DNA of 64,000 nucleotides from Alphaproteobacteria bacterium (GTDB lineage Bacteria; Pseudomonadota; Alphaproteobacteria; Rs-D84): NCBI GenBank assembly GCA_033345235.1, contig JAWPOC010000014.1, positions 73,085 to 137,084 of the forward strand, read 5' to 3'. Shown piece by piece: positions 62,887 to 64,000 of this stretch (position 1 is its first letter; each line of letters starts with the position of its first letter). The notes under the pieces were generated by a model. It saw only the letters and a program-made list of their open reading frames with translations, ran no database searches and was not told where the DNA came from. The position numbers and the translations under genes were made by a program.

Positions 62887-63006
62887 GTCCGCACAGGACG
62901 AAGAACCGATTAAAGCGACAAAGTCGCGACAGGTTCGAGCCGCAGGCGAAAGGGGCCCACAGAGCGATAGCGAATGTGGGAATTTACAGTCCTGCTGGGG
63001 ACGCCA
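62868..63006 (+). repeat. 19-bp direct repeat of the tRNA-Arg 3' end (AGTCCTGCTGGGGACGCCA at 62868-62886 and 62988-63006) flanking a degenerate partial tRNA copy
   Basis: Both copies are exact. The intervening 101 bp contains a second GGTTCGAGC T-loop-like segment. Confidence 0.6.
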
Positions 63007-63010
63007 GGGT

Positions 63011-63925
63011 TTATTTTGATTTTTGTTTGTTCATTGCGCAGACAACATCTATGTTGGACAATAGTGGTTTTGGCGATGCTGTTGGAACATTGATATTGAA
63101 AAAACTGTATTTGTCTGTATCTATATCCATAGAGAAGCCTTCTTTTGGGATAGAGCAACGCCATATATAATTCCAACAAATAGTCCCATCGTCGCACAGA
63201 TTTTTTCTGGCCATTGGTTCCAATATATCCGAATAAAACCAGTTTGCAGATGGTAAAAAAGTACAACTATGTGGATATTTAAATCCGAATATATTAGACA
63301 GTAATATTAATGAATACTTTTTTCGTGTTTTATGGCATAAATCATCAATGTTGCATCGAATAAAATTGAATTTATCAGGAATCAGTTTGCTTAACTGTTT
63401 ATATGTGTCCGCGTCTTGCACATAAGATGGGCGCATAATTTGTTTTGGGACGGTACGAAACATAACATTTGATACATCGTATGCATAATAAATGTCCAAA
63501 AAGGTTTGCAAGCCCTCGGAAAAATCTTTAAATATTGGATTGATGATTTTTTTATCAAAGAAATTTCTTTTTTCAAAGAAAAATCGATTAAAATCCTTGT
63601 AAGTCAAATTTTGTATCATCTTGGATTTTAATTCCAGAACATATTGCTGCAGGTAATTTATATCAAAAACATCAACCTTTTTGGCACCACGCAGCAGGCA
63701 TTCAAATGCGTGATCGCCAGACGAACAAACACTCAAAACATTTTTGTTTTCAAATGATTGGATTTGTTTTAGATACCCAGATATATTTTCTGTTGTAAAC
63801 AAAAATACAGGGCAACTCCAAGAAAAATTTGGATATCCAACTTTTAAATTTGATAATGCAATGTATGTTGTTAATTTGTCTATCATTGTGGCGAAGTATG
63901 TTAATATGGTTTTGGGGTTTGTCAA
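63011..63925 (-). CDS. DUF3419/BtaA-like SAM-dependent enzyme, hypothetical
   Basis: The motif VLSVCSSGDHAFECLLRGAKKVDVFDINYLQQYVLELK resembles the N-terminal SAM-binding block of BtaA-family proteins. The region is AT-rich. Its stop lies 5 bp from the second att-like repeat. Confidence 0.4.
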   Translation of the reverse strand: MTNPKTILTYFATMIDKLTTYIALSNLKVGYPNFSWSCPVFLFTTENISGYLKQIQSFENKNVLSVCSSGDHAFECLLRGAKKVDVFDINYLQQYVLELKSKMIQNLTYKDFNRFFFEKRNFFDKKIINPIFKDFSEGLQTFLDIYYAYDVSNVMFRTVPKQIMRPSYVQDADTYKQLSKLIPDKFNFIRCNIDDLCHKTRKKYSLILLSNIFGFKYPHSCTFLPSANWFYSDILEPMARKNLCDDGTICWNYIWRCSIPKEGFSMDIDTDKYSFFNINVPTASPKPLLSNIDVVCAMNKQKSK

Positions 63926-64000
63926 TAGTATTTTGTGCCTATAAATTTATGTTTTACAAATGAAAAAAAAGATTTATAATTCCGCCGATAAAAAAAGGCA

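Noticed and set aside
62887-63010. Possible two-piece (permuted) tmRNA, suggested by GGTTCGAGC and the ...GGGGACGCCA ending
   Set aside because: I find no tag-peptide reading frame (ANDN...AA) or pseudoknot-forming segments. The segment is better explained as a decayed partial duplicate of the tRNA-Arg 3' half.
62910-63266. 118-aa minus-strand ORF
   Set aside because: It overlaps the longer BtaA-like ORF (63011-63925) in another frame and partly covers the tRNA-derived repeat region. It is likely spurious.

Overview
The window reads as an AT-rich, compact alphaproteobacterial chromosome segment. The GapR/DUF2312 gene, the olsBA ornithine-lipid genes, an IHF gene and a short-form adenylate kinase point to that lineage, and the low GC suggests a host-associated or intracellular lifestyle. 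Most of it is conserved housekeeping. The calls are def-fmt-truA, pyrG, pyk, recR-rsmA, a Kef-type antiporter, lspA-yidC, tRNA-Trp-secE-nusG-rplKAJL-rpoBC, rpmF-plsX, mraZ, adk, rpsA, tig, proS, olsBA, mltB, hemW, an M13 peptidase, ihf and tRNA-Arg(CCU). Almost every unit ends in a clean GC-hairpin plus T-run terminator, many of them bidirectional. Several non-standard loci sit between these blocks. (1) A small-secreted-protein gene and an 834-aa gene with about 17 tandem 30-aa BspA/LRR_5-like repeats are driven by a conserved sigma70 promoter and a ~250-nt structured leader with terminator/antiterminator-like alternative hairpins. The promoter, leader and small gene are duplicated 22 kb away, where the big gene survives only as a 33-codon stub abutting a putative SRP RNA. 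A third small-protein paralog lies at 46 kb. (2) A virB8-virB9-virB10-like operon lacks adjacent VirB4, VirB11 and VirD4 genes. Its VirB9 homolog carries a C-terminal SPOR peptidoglycan-binding domain. Its VirB10 homolog is about twice normal length and has a Cys-rich C-terminal extension. (3) Several large secreted Cys-rich or low-complexity proteins are present: the 9.3-11.2 kb two-gene operon and the 920-aa protein at 48.9-51.7 kb. They share a C-x-SGY-x-L module. A eukaryote-like LRR protein without a signal peptide is also present. (4) tRNA-Arg carries a duplicated 3' end (19-bp direct repeats), a degenerate partial tRNA copy and an AT-rich BtaA-like gene downstream, which together suggest an integration hotspot. 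(5) Smaller oddities are an orphan mraZ with repeated upstream boxes, a perfect 10-4-10 palindrome operator, two tiny ORFs inserted between nusG and rplK, and a shared palindromic motif at both ends of rpoC. All identifications come from reading the sequence and recalling motifs. No database search was run.
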